A stretch of 64,000 nucleotides of DNA from an uncultured bacterium (GTDB taxonomy: Bacteria > Muiribacteriota > UBA9980). The notes below the pieces were generated by a model that was not told the DNA's origin, ran no database searches, and worked only from the letters and a program-made list of their open reading frames with translations. Positions 19,605-28,476 of this stretch are shown piece after piece. Within the stretch, counting starts at the first letter, position 1. Each line of letters opens with the position of its first letter. Position numbers and translations under genes: made by a program. The stretch covers positions 33,890 to 97,889 of the forward strand of contig CAZJFS010000001.1 of NCBI GenBank assembly GCA_964545075.1. Reading direction: 5' to 3'.

Positions 19605-20276
19605 TTAATTTTGAAGAGCCTTAGTGAGCCGTTCAGGCGAAAAAGGTTTTGTCACATAATCGCGCGCGCCAAGTTCCCTGGATAGTATAAAATCCTGCAT
19701 CGAACGGCTGGCCGTAACCATTATAACCTCGACCGGCCTTGGAATCTGGCTTTTTATCATTTTAAGAAGTTCAAATCCGCCTATTTCAGGCATTTTGACA
19801 TCCAAAAAAACAGTGTTGATGCTGGGATCGCAGATCAAATGAGACCACGCTTCGTTGACGTTCTGAGCCGTTAAAACTTTATAGTTTTTATCTTCGATTA
19901 TCATTTTAATGTAGTCGCAGATATCTTTTTCGTCATCAACGATCAAAACCTTGGCGGCGGTTTCCCCCTGGAAAGTTTGAGCGGCCAGCGCCATCATGGG
20001 CATTTGGCTTTCCGCCCGCACCGGTATCTGCGGCGCCGGGACGCCAGCGCCGGACGTATCAACTTTATTTTCAGACGCTTTAGGCGGATCAGGCGGCGCG
20101 CTCTTATCGTAAATATAAACAAGACCGACGCCGTTATATATGGCCTTTTTGATCGATTCAGAATTGAGGACATAATCTTTAGGAAAGAGTACCATGCTTG
20201 AGTTTTTAGTAAAAAGCGGTTTGCTCAGCTTCATTCCAGGCTCAAGTTTCTCGGTCTGTATCAGCATGTCGCGCAT
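19605..20276 (-). CDS. Response regulator paralog: N-terminal DUF3391-like domain, Pro-rich linker, C-terminal REC
   Basis: N-terminus EKLEPGMKLSKPLF...GVGLVYIYD. Receiver VLIVDDEKDI...VFLDVKMPEIGGFELL. Same domain order as 18914..19543, with which it shares the LSKPLF / YxYD N-terminal motifs and the receiver motifs listed. Confidence 0.6.
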   Translation of the reverse strand: MRDMLIQTEKLEPGMKLSKPLFTKNSSMVLFPKDYVLNSESIKKAIYNGVGLVYIYDKSAPPDPPKASENKVDTSGAGVPAPQIPVRAESQMPMMALAAQTFQGETAAKVLIVDDEKDICDYIKMIIEDKNYKVLTAQNVNEAWSHLICDPSINTVFLDVKMPEIGGFELLKMIKSQIPRPVEVIMVTASRSMQDFILSRELGARDYVTKPFSPERLTKALQN

Positions 20277-20502
20277 ACTATACTCTCCCTTTTAACTATC
20301 TGTGCTTATTATATGTACTTAATCTTACCACAATTTGTTTCAAAATTTCAACGGCATACTTAAATATTGTTATAAGTTTTTTAGGACCCGTCATCACTTC
20401 ATTAATTCAGATTTTAAGCCAACTAAAACTATCTTACTTGACAAAAAAGTGGTTTAGTATATATAATATCTCCAAAATTGATGTACATACGGGTGATATT
20501 TT

Positions 20503-21384
20503 TTGAAATTCGATTATTTAAGTTATGACGATATCACATCCATAGATTTCGATAAAACCTGGCTTTGCCTTCCAGTTGGATCTTACGAGCAGCACGGCCG
20601 TCATCTTCCCGTTTCGACCGGAATTATGATCGCGCGTTATCTGTGCGAAAGCGTCTGCGAATCCAACAAGATCGAAAAAAATGAATTAAGTTTTCTGGAA
20701 GGCCCGGTGCTTCCATTCGCCACGGCGCCCGCATCCGAAGGCATTGGGTCAGTTCCTCAATTATCGCCTAAAACTTTTTCGGACGGGCTGAGCGAATTGC
20801 TCATTCAGTTCGCCGGCGCCGGTTTTAAAAACATTCTTCTGACATCGCACCATTTCGACCTCAAATTTATAAAATCCGTAATGAACGCGATATCCGCGTG
20901 CGAATCTAAATTTCCCGGAATAAACATAATCGAACCGCTTTCGGCGTATTATTATTCAGGCGAATATAACAAGACAATCACTGATTTTTTAAAACTCAAA
21001 AAATTTTCGGACAGAAAAGAAGACGAAGTCTTCAAAATTTATGAGCATATCGATTTTAAAAGCGAGATCCACGCGGACGTTAAAGAAACATCGCTCATGC
21101 TCTATCTCCTTCCGCGCGCCGTTAAATCCGAAAAATTGCCTCATTTAAAACCTTTCATCATAAACCCGACCGCCGAATTTTTAAAGATGAATTTCACATA
21201 TAAAAACATGAAATCGCCAGACGGCTATATAGGAACGCCCGCGAAAGCCTCGGTTTATTTCGGCGAGTCTATCTTCAAAATGCTTCGAAACCATCTTTTA
21301 AGAATATGCCAGAATATATCGCGCGGCCAGAAATCTGAAATTTCAATTCCGCTTCACATAAAGGCGATACTTACAGTTATATAA
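20503..21384 (+). CDS. Creatininase-family amidohydrolase (TTG start as called in the track)
   Basis: Signature LPVGSYEQHGRHLPVSTG matches the creatinine amidohydrolase family (VGSxEQHGxHLP). Confidence 0.65.
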   Translation: MKFDYLSYDDITSIDFDKTWLCLPVGSYEQHGRHLPVSTGIMIARYLCESVCESNKIEKNELSFLEGPVLPFATAPASEGIGSVPQLSPKTFSDGLSELLIQFAGAGFKNILLTSHHFDLKFIKSVMNAISACESKFPGINIIEPLSAYYYSGEYNKTITDFLKLKKFSDRKEDEVFKIYEHIDFKSEIHADVKETSLMLYLLPRAVKSEKLPHLKPFIINPTAEFLKMNFTYKNMKSPDGYIGTPAKASVYFGESIFKMLRNHLLRICQNISRGQKSEISIPLHIKAILTVI

Positions 21385-21397
21385 AGGATTTTCAAAA

Positions 21398-22108
21398 ATG
21401 CATATTATAGAAACGATAAAAAAAGAGCTGGCCTCTTATAATGATCGCAAAAGGGCCGGCGAGCTCGAAAATTTCTTTAAGGCATTTCCGGGCGGCTACG
21501 GCGAGGGCGATAAATTCATAGGGATCACGGTGCCGAACCAGCGCAGGACCGCGAAAAAATTCTTCAGTGAAATAAATTTGAGCGACGCCGAAAAGCTTCT
21601 GAATGAACCGTTTCACGAATACCGGCTGACGGCGCTTTTCATGATGGTCTATAAATTCGAAAAAGCCGGAGAAAAAGAAAAAACGGCGATCGCGAATATG
21701 TATTTGAAAAACACAGCGCGCGTTAACAACTGGGACCTCGTGGACTCTTCCGCCGAAAAAATACTGGGCGCGTATCTTCTGGAGCGGCCAAAAAAAATAC
21801 TGTACGAACTTGTGCGTTCGAAAGATCTGTGGGAGCAGCGGATCGCCATGATCGCCTCCTTTAATTTCATAAAAAACAATCAATTTTCCGACGCGTTAAA
21901 GTTAGCCGAAATGCTCATCGATCACGAACACGACCTCATACATAAGGCCAGCGGCTGGATGCTTCGCGAAGTCGGAAACCGCGACTTCGACGCCGAATAC
22001 GCCTTTCTAAAAAAACATTACGCGAAAATGCCCCGGACGATGCTCAGATACGCTATCGAAAAATTCGACGAAGGCCTTCGCCAAAGATTTTTAAAAGGCC
22101 TTATATAA
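21398..22108 (+). CDS. DNA alkylation repair enzyme (AlkD/AlkC-like HEAT-repeat glycosylase family)
   Basis: 236 aa, matches the DNA alkylation repair protein family pattern (...FIGITVPNQRRTAKKF..., WDLVDSSA, HKASGWMLREVG). Confidence 0.6.
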   Translation: MHIIETIKKELASYNDRKRAGELENFFKAFPGGYGEGDKFIGITVPNQRRTAKKFFSEINLSDAEKLLNEPFHEYRLTALFMMVYKFEKAGEKEKTAIANMYLKNTARVNNWDLVDSSAEKILGAYLLERPKKILYELVRSKDLWEQRIAMIASFNFIKNNQFSDALKLAEMLIDHEHDLIHKASGWMLREVGNRDFDAEYAFLKKHYAKMPRTMLRYAIEKFDEGLRQRFLKGLI

Positions 22109-22188
22109 TAAATATAAATGCCGGAAAAAAAGACGGCGAGCATTTACACCCGCCGTCTTTTACAAAATTGCCCGTTTATTAAAATTTA

Positions 22189-23079
22189 TTATTTGGTCCA
22201 GTCATGGCCGGCTGAAGTTTTTATCGTTGAATATAAGAATTGTTTTGGAAAAATCGTAACGTGCTTGCCCTTTCCGTTCATATCAAGAGCGACCATTTCT
22301 ATGCTTATAACGGGCTTGAATAACGTTATAAGGTTCGGGTTGTTTTTATCCTTGACGGCGACTTTTTCGATAAGTCCGGGAAACGTTTCGGCTATCGTTT
22401 TAAACATAGTGCATCCGTTGCCATAAGCAGTCGCGGTCATTTTAGCAAGTATCGCGTCGCATTTTTCGAAATCGTCGGTTATAACTCTTTCTTCGGTGAC
22501 GTTAACGCCGTTTAAGATCGAACTGACGTTAATGCTGACTCTTAATGAAACCTTATTCAAAGGTTTTGCCTTGAAAAAAAAGTTTATCATATTGTTGTTG
22601 TCGCAATAAACCATGGTATCTTTTTTTACCTTGATAACGTAGCCGTTTTTAACGACGGCGAGATCCCTGAACGAATGATACAGACGCAGATCGATACGGT
22701 TAATTTTTTGAAAAGTCATGAGGTTTGGATACACGCATGAAAAGTGGTCGGATTTAATAAAATGGTATAAAATCTCTTCGACGTCTGAAGGCGTGTGAGG
22801 TTCGGCGACGCAATAAAAATATTTATTTTCAGCGACGGGACTCCAGGGCGAGCCGTCATCGCGCGTGGGATAGAGGGTATATGACGGTTTCATGCCGGAA
22901 AATCCCAGCGAACTTGCGGGAGCAAAAGCGGGTTCGGCGGATTCTCCGCCGGCGTTGACTCCCATTAAAGCCTTAGTTTTCAAAAAATCTTCCCTGTCGG
23001 TTTCGGGGCTGGCATAAGAAAAATTTGTAATACCCGCCAGCATAACTATCAGTAAAGCCATAATCACTTTTTTCAACAT
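22189..23079 (-). CDS. Secreted protein of unknown function (paralog A)
   Basis: Signal peptide MLKKVIMALLIVMLAGITNFSYA. C-terminal ~150 aa align with the next gene (ATAYGNGCTMFKTIAETFPGLIEKVAVK...KHVTIFPKQFLYSTIK vs KTPYGRNNTMFKTIAKAFPGLLDKVTVK...KHVTMFYQQFAYKTIK). Confidence 0.5.
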   Translation of the reverse strand: MLKKVIMALLIVMLAGITNFSYASPETDREDFLKTKALMGVNAGGESAEPAFAPASSLGFSGMKPSYTLYPTRDDGSPWSPVAENKYFYCVAEPHTPSDVEEILYHFIKSDHFSCVYPNLMTFQKINRIDLRLYHSFRDLAVVKNGYVIKVKKDTMVYCDNNNMINFFFKAKPLNKVSLRVSINVSSILNGVNVTEERVITDDFEKCDAILAKMTATAYGNGCTMFKTIAETFPGLIEKVAVKDKNNPNLITLFKPVISIEMVALDMNGKGKHVTIFPKQFLYSTIKTSAGHDWTK

Positions 23080-23333
23080 TTTTTACTCCTTCTAAAATAG
23101 TTTTTAACGTTAATTTGTTGTCTTCGCTTTTTAAGTTTTGGTTTAAACTGTTTTTATAGATATATCTTTTGAAACTCCGTTTTGTTTGCTTTTTTATTTT
23201 TAATTGCAATATACAAAAGGGCTGTTTACAAAATATTCTGTAACAGCCCTTTTTATTTTATATGAACCGGTTAAGCAAAAAATTCAACTCATGATAAACG
23301 ACGATTATAAATCGATCACGCGCGTCACGCCGA

Positions 23334-24155
23334 TTATTTTCCCCACTGATAGCTATCGTCATGTTTTATGGTCTTATAAGCGAACTGCTGATAGAACATC
23401 GTAACGTGCTTATCTTTTCCGTTCATATTCAGAGCGGTCAATTCGATGGTTACGATAGGATTGAATAGCATTTTGCGTTTTTTACCAAGGCCCATGTATT
23501 CGTTGATTTTTACCGTTACCTTATCGAGAAGGCCGGGGAACGCTTTAGCTATCGTTTTAAACATAGTATTGTTTCTTCCGTAAGGCGTTTTGAGCATGGC
23601 GGTGAGTATCTCTTCATTGGGTTCGAATTCATTCTTAAGAGCGCCTTCGGCTGAATTATTTACGTTATGCGCAAGCGAACTTACGGACACGCTGACTCTA
23701 AGTGAAACTTTTCTGAGAGGCTTCGCGCTGTAGAGTTTACGGAGCTGTTCGATAAAATACGTATCTTTAGGATTTACTTTTACGAGAACGCCGAGTCTTT
23801 TGAAAACCATGAGCTGGTTGAACGAACGATAAACGCTCATCGGCGCGTTATATTTAGCGCAAAGAGTCTCGAGATTTTTTATCTGGTCGTTAGCGATAAC
23901 GCAATAGTATTGGCTGACCTTGGTATCGATAGGAGCGGACGGATCTTCCGGAGTCGGTATCGAGGGAGCCGTCGGAGTGCCGTTCGGAGCCTGGTCGGCG
24001 GGAGCGGGATCTTCTTCCGCCGGAGCTTCGCCGGCTTTATCCATAAGAACCTGAGTCTTTTTAAGCTGCGATTCGTCTTTTTTATTCATCGCAAATGCTG
24101 ATGTTACGGAAAGGATCATTGAAATAACCACTAACGCAACCAATAATTTTTTCAT
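23334..24155 (-). CDS. Secreted protein of unknown function (paralog B, Pro/Ala-rich linker)
   Basis: Signal peptide MKKLLVALVVISMILSVTSAFA. Low-complexity PAPADQAPNGTPTAPSIPTPEDPSAP segment. C-terminal domain homologous to 22189..23079. Confidence 0.5.
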   Translation of the reverse strand: MKKLLVALVVISMILSVTSAFAMNKKDESQLKKTQVLMDKAGEAPAEEDPAPADQAPNGTPTAPSIPTPEDPSAPIDTKVSQYYCVIANDQIKNLETLCAKYNAPMSVYRSFNQLMVFKRLGVLVKVNPKDTYFIEQLRKLYSAKPLRKVSLRVSVSVSSLAHNVNNSAEGALKNEFEPNEEILTAMLKTPYGRNNTMFKTIAKAFPGLLDKVTVKINEYMGLGKKRKMLFNPIVTIELTALNMNGKDKHVTMFYQQFAYKTIKHDDSYQWGK

Positions 24156-24257
24156 TGAATTCCTCCATTATTTTTTTGTTTCAATAATTATACTAAAAAA
24201 ATATTATTTTGTAAAGTAACGTTTATTCAGAATGTTTTTAGTTGAACGCAAAATAAG

Positions 24258-25070
24258 TTGAAATTATTTCATTATTCTGTTATTATACATTCTATTATGA
24301 AAAATAAAAAACCAGACTTAAAGTATAACTCAAATGAAGGTCTTTGCGCGCTGTACCGCGCACTGTCAAAAATGTCGTTCTGCTCGCGCAACGCGGCTAA
24401 AGAATTAGTATTGTCGGGCGTCGTCACGGTCAACGGCAAAAAAATAACGAATCTGATGCATCCCGTCAACGTAAAAATAGACAAGATCGAGGTCAACGGA
24501 GACTCGGTAAAAGCGAAGCCACATAAATATTACGCGATCAATAAACCCGTCGGATACGAAACCACGAAAGCCAAACCCGGCGCGGCTAAAACGAAAAAAA
24601 CCGTTTACGATCTTATTTACAATTCGATCGAAAACAACCTCAATCCCGCCGGCCGGCTGGATAAAGACTCCCACGGCCTGATCATCATGACCAACGACAA
24701 TGATTTTTTAAACGCGATCTCAGGCAGCGAACACGGAATAACTAAGTGTTACCTCGTTAAGACGAACGCCGAACTCACCGAAAGCCAGCTTAACCATTTC
24801 AAGACCGGCGTACCGGTGGAAAAAGACAACGGCGATATGGAAACGACCATGCCGTGCGTAATAAAACTTGTCGAAGCGAATACTTACGACGTCCACCTCA
24901 AACAGGGAATAAAAAGACAGATCAGAAAAATGTTCGCATACTTCAAAATCAAAGTCATCGATCTCTTCAGATATCGCATCGGAAAACTCGAAATCGGAAA
25001 TCTTGGCGAAGGCGGTTCGGAAAAAATAGAGCCTGAAGCAGTCACGGGAAAAAAGACTTTAAAATTATAA
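24258..25070 (+). CDS. Pseudouridine synthase, RsuA/RluB family (S4 + catalytic domain)
   Basis: S4-like N-terminus. Catalytic motif AGRLDKDSHGLIIMTNDNDF (GRLDxDSxGLLLLTNDG). The true start may be the internal Met (MKNKKPD...). Confidence 0.75.
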   Translation: MKLFHYSVIIHSIMKNKKPDLKYNSNEGLCALYRALSKMSFCSRNAAKELVLSGVVTVNGKKITNLMHPVNVKIDKIEVNGDSVKAKPHKYYAINKPVGYETTKAKPGAAKTKKTVYDLIYNSIENNLNPAGRLDKDSHGLIIMTNDNDFLNAISGSEHGITKCYLVKTNAELTESQLNHFKTGVPVEKDNGDMETTMPCVIKLVEANTYDVHLKQGIKRQIRKMFAYFKIKVIDLFRYRIGKLEIGNLGEGGSEKIEPEAVTGKKTLKL

Positions 25071-25332
25071 ATATAACTTGCGTAATTAAAAAACAATTCA
25101 GTGTTTTTTAATTCATCATTTTTATTTTTTGTTTACATTTTTAAACAGTGGCGAACATTTTCAAAAGGTTCATATTTTTATGATTAAGTTATTAAACCAT
25201 TCAATTAAGTTGGATTCCAATTATGACTTGATCATTTTTATTTACACGGCATAATAATTGCTTTTTGTTAAAGTGATATTATCGCAAAAATAAATCGGAA
25301 TGAATTAACCTGGCGAGGAGGTTCTAGCAGAA

Positions 25333-26727
25333 ATGATTAAAAAGAAAGCTTCAGACGCGGTTGAAGAACCAGTGAAAAAAACTGGCGCGGCTAAAAAAGC
25401 GGTGAAAAAATCACCTGTAAAAGCCGCACAAGAAAATAAAGCAGAAAAGACGGCGAAACCTGCGAAAGCCGTGAAAGCCGAGAAAATCGTGAAAATTGAA
25501 AAAACGGAAAAAGCCACAAAAACTGAAAAACCTTTGCAAACCAAGAAAATCGTCAATAATGAAAAAAGCATAAAAGCTGAAAAAAACGAAACCAAAACGA
25601 AGACGGTATCGACGGACAAAAAGCCATCGGCTAAAACCTCGAAAGGCCATAACAGGCCGACGGGAAAAAATAAAGGAAACTCCGAAAAAGCGAAAAAAAC
25701 CGCTGGAACGGCGAAAGCCGCGGTCGCTAAAGAAATTTCAAAGACGGCTAAAACTTCAACCGGAAAAAAAGAAGAGGATAAAAGCGCGGCACGCGCGTCA
25801 GAAACGACCTCCGTCACTTCATCACAGGTTGAAAATTTATACGGACGCCACTACATAATCGACACCGCTCAGGAGCTTCCAAAATCATACGGAAAAGACC
25901 GCCTCACCGTGCTTGTACGCGATCCCGAATGGATATACGCTTTCTGGGATGTATCCGATAAAAAAGTCGACGAGGTCAAAGGCATCGTCGGATCGAAAGA
26001 TTTTGAAAATTCGAAAAGGGTTCTCAGATTGCATAACGTCGATGAGAATGGAAAACCCGTCGAAGGCCCGCTGGATATAGAACTCACAAAAACGGCGAGT
26101 TCATGGTATATAAACGTCAAGCCTAATTTTTCATACTCCGTCGAATACGGCTATAAAACGCCGGCCGGAAAATTCGTAAGCGTCGTAAAGTCTAATCCAG
26201 TGGACGCGCCCAGTCATAAAATATCCGACGTCAAAGACGAAAAATGGATGGTAAAAGACGGCGAATTCAAGAAATTATATGAGCTTTCGGGCGGAGCGAA
26301 GATAGGCATGAGCTCGGCCGATATAATGCAGGCAATGGCGCGCGGCATGAAGATGGAAGAGCTTTCCGAACTCGCGTCCGCCGGAATATCTTCGGCGCAG
26401 GGGCTTTCATCGGAATCGCTTTCGTCTCAGGTAATGGCCGAACGCTCGATAACCGAAGAAGAAAAGAAAAAACAGAGAAAATTCTGGATGGTTTTAAACA
26501 CCGAACTCATAGTTTACGGCGCGACCGAACCCGACGCGAGCGTTACGATAATGGGGCAACCGATAAAACTCCGCGAAGACGGAACGTTCTCAATCCGAAT
26601 GGCGCTGCCGGACACCGATATCGATATTCCCGTAAAAGGCATTTCAAACGACAGGATAGATGAGATAACCATCACTCCGTGCGTTCACAAACACACCGAA
26701 TACGATAAAAAGGAGAACGCCGAATAA
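25333..26727 (+). CDS. Lys/Ala-rich (histone H1-like) N-terminal region fused to a DUF4912-like C-terminal domain
   Basis: First ~150 aa are a KA-rich low-complexity region (AKKAVKKSPVKAAQENKAEKTAKPAKAVKAEK...). The C-terminal domain (LTVLVRDPEWIYAFWDVS...SWYINVKPNFSYSVEYGYKTPAGKF) resembles DUF4912, which is commonly encoded next to GH57 enzymes. Its stop overlaps the start of the GH57 gene. Confidence 0.55.
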   Translation: MIKKKASDAVEEPVKKTGAAKKAVKKSPVKAAQENKAEKTAKPAKAVKAEKIVKIEKTEKATKTEKPLQTKKIVNNEKSIKAEKNETKTKTVSTDKKPSAKTSKGHNRPTGKNKGNSEKAKKTAGTAKAAVAKEISKTAKTSTGKKEEDKSAARASETTSVTSSQVENLYGRHYIIDTAQELPKSYGKDRLTVLVRDPEWIYAFWDVSDKKVDEVKGIVGSKDFENSKRVLRLHNVDENGKPVEGPLDIELTKTASSWYINVKPNFSYSVEYGYKTPAGKFVSVVKSNPVDAPSHKISDVKDEKWMVKDGEFKKLYELSGGAKIGMSSADIMQAMARGMKMEELSELASAGISSAQGLSSESLSSQVMAERSITEEEKKKQRKFWMVLNTELIVYGATEPDASVTIMGQPIKLREDGTFSIRMALPDTDIDIPVKGISNDRIDEITITPCVHKHTEYDKKENAE

Positions 26728-28316
26728 TGGAAAAAGGCTATATAACGATGGTGCTGCACGCGCATCTGCCATATGTGCGCCACCCGGAATATAAGTATTT
26801 TCTCGAGGAAAACTGGCTTTTCGAAGCCATAAATGAAACATATCTCCCATTGCTTCACGCTTTCGAGAGAATGGCGCACGACCGCGTTAACTTCAAACTG
26901 ACGATGTCTCTGACGCCCACGCTTCTGGCGATGCTTTCCGACCCGCTGCTGCAGGAACGTTATGTGAAACACTTAGACGCCCTCATCGAACTCGCGGAAA
27001 AAGAGGTCGTAAGGACCAGGCTCATGCCCGATCTGAACAAGGTCGCCGTCATGTACCTCGATAAGTTCATATTGAACAGGAAAACCTTCGTCAATCAATA
27101 CAACAACAACATAATCGAAGGCTTTAAAAAATTCCACTACAGCGGAAACCTCGAGATCATAACTTGCTGCGCCACGCACGGCTTCCTTCCGCTCATGTCG
27201 GTGAACGAACGCGCGGTCGAGGCCCAGATAAAAATCGCCGTCGATTCCCACATCCGCCACATCGGAAAAGCACCCAAAGGCATATGGCTCGCCGAATGCG
27301 GATATTTTCCGGGTCACGACAAAGTCCTTAAAAAATACGGAATCCAATATTTCTTCACCGATACGCACGGCATCCTTCACGGCTCGCCGCGACCTAAATA
27401 TGGCGTTTTCGCGCCGGTTTTCTGCGATTCTGGCGTGGCCGCTTTCGGACGCGACATCGAATCGTCAAGATCGGTATGGAGCGCGAACGAAGGATATCCG
27501 GGCGATTACAACTATCGCGAATTTTATCGCGACGTCGGATATGACCTCGACCTGGACTACATAAGGCCGTACATCCACCCCGACGGCATCAGGATAAACA
27601 CCGGCATCAAATATTATAAAATAACAGGGAAAACCCAGGAAAAACAGGTTTATGACCCTGAAAAAGCCCTCCACATGGCGCGCGAACACGCAGCAAACTT
27701 CCACTTCAACCGCGTGAAACAGGTCGAGCACTTAAATCAGTATATGGACAGAAAGCCGCTCGTCGTTTCACCTTATGACGCCGAGCTTTTCGGGCACTGG
27801 TGGTACGAGGGACCGAGTTTCGTCGAGCAATTCCTGCGCATGTCGTGCGACAGCAGAAGCGCCATAAAAGCCATAACGCCGCCGGAATACCTCGAAATGT
27901 ATCCTAAAAACCAGATTGTAACGCCGTCCTTCAGCTCATGGGGCCACAAGGGCTACAGCGAAGTATGGCTTTCGCCCTCGAACGATTGGATATATCCGCA
28001 TCTGATAGAAATATCCGAGCGCATGGTTGAGCTCGCGACGCATTATCAAAATCAAAGCTCCGACCTTCTGGTCAACCGCGCGCTCGCTCAGGCCGCGAGA
28101 GAGCTTCTGCTCGCTCAAAGCTCGGACTGGGCCTTCATCATAAGAAATAACACGACCGTCGAGTATGCCGAAAAGCGCACGAAGGACCATGTGAACCGGT
28201 TCAATTCGCTGTACGAACAGATAAAGGACCGCCGTATAAACCCTGAGTTCCTGCAAGCGCTCGAATATCACGACAACATATTCCCCGACATAGATTACAG
28301 GATCTATGCCGTATAA
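26727..28316 (+). CDS. Glycoside hydrolase family 57 (1,4-alpha-glucan branching enzyme-like)
   Basis: N-terminus MVLHAHLPYVRHPEY (HxHLP motif of GH57). ECGYFPG, SPYDAELFGHWWYEG. The 529-aa size is similar to short GH57 branching enzymes. Confidence 0.8.
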   Translation: MEKGYITMVLHAHLPYVRHPEYKYFLEENWLFEAINETYLPLLHAFERMAHDRVNFKLTMSLTPTLLAMLSDPLLQERYVKHLDALIELAEKEVVRTRLMPDLNKVAVMYLDKFILNRKTFVNQYNNNIIEGFKKFHYSGNLEIITCCATHGFLPLMSVNERAVEAQIKIAVDSHIRHIGKAPKGIWLAECGYFPGHDKVLKKYGIQYFFTDTHGILHGSPRPKYGVFAPVFCDSGVAAFGRDIESSRSVWSANEGYPGDYNYREFYRDVGYDLDLDYIRPYIHPDGIRINTGIKYYKITGKTQEKQVYDPEKALHMAREHAANFHFNRVKQVEHLNQYMDRKPLVVSPYDAELFGHWWYEGPSFVEQFLRMSCDSRSAIKAITPPEYLEMYPKNQIVTPSFSSWGHKGYSEVWLSPSNDWIYPHLIEISERMVELATHYQNQSSDLLVNRALAQAARELLLAQSSDWAFIIRNNTTVEYAEKRTKDHVNRFNSLYEQIKDRRINPEFLQALEYHDNIFPDIDYRIYAV

Positions 28317-28380
28317 CTTTGAACCGATAATTCCAATAAAATAATAGCGGCGGATAATAAGAAAAACAAAAATAAGATTT

Positions 28381-28418
28381 AAAAGAGCTGTTTGAATCAA
28401 TTTTAAGCGGCTCTTTTT
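28381..28418 (+). terminator. Possible rho-independent terminator after the GH57 gene
   Basis: AAAAGAGC...GCTCTTTTT imperfect hairpin with a long loop followed by a T-run. Weak. Confidence 0.3.
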
Positions 28419-28476
28419 AAATTAATGGCCGAGGTAAAACTTATCAGCAATGTGATATATTTTTACCGTTAAATTC

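Noticed and set aside
25380-25800. Apparent tandem-repeat/minisatellite-like DNA (gaaaaagc/gcgaaagc units)
   Set aside because: Periodicity is codon-based (AAA/GCG/GAA repeats) and in-frame with a real ORF: a protein-coding low-complexity region, not a non-coding repeat or CRISPR array.
25305-25817. 170-aa minus-strand ORF rich in Phe/Ala/Val opposite the Lys/Ala-rich region
   Set aside because: Mirror image of the GAA/AAA-rich coding repeats of the + strand KA-rich protein. The + strand ORF is much longer and continues into a conserved DUF4912-like domain.
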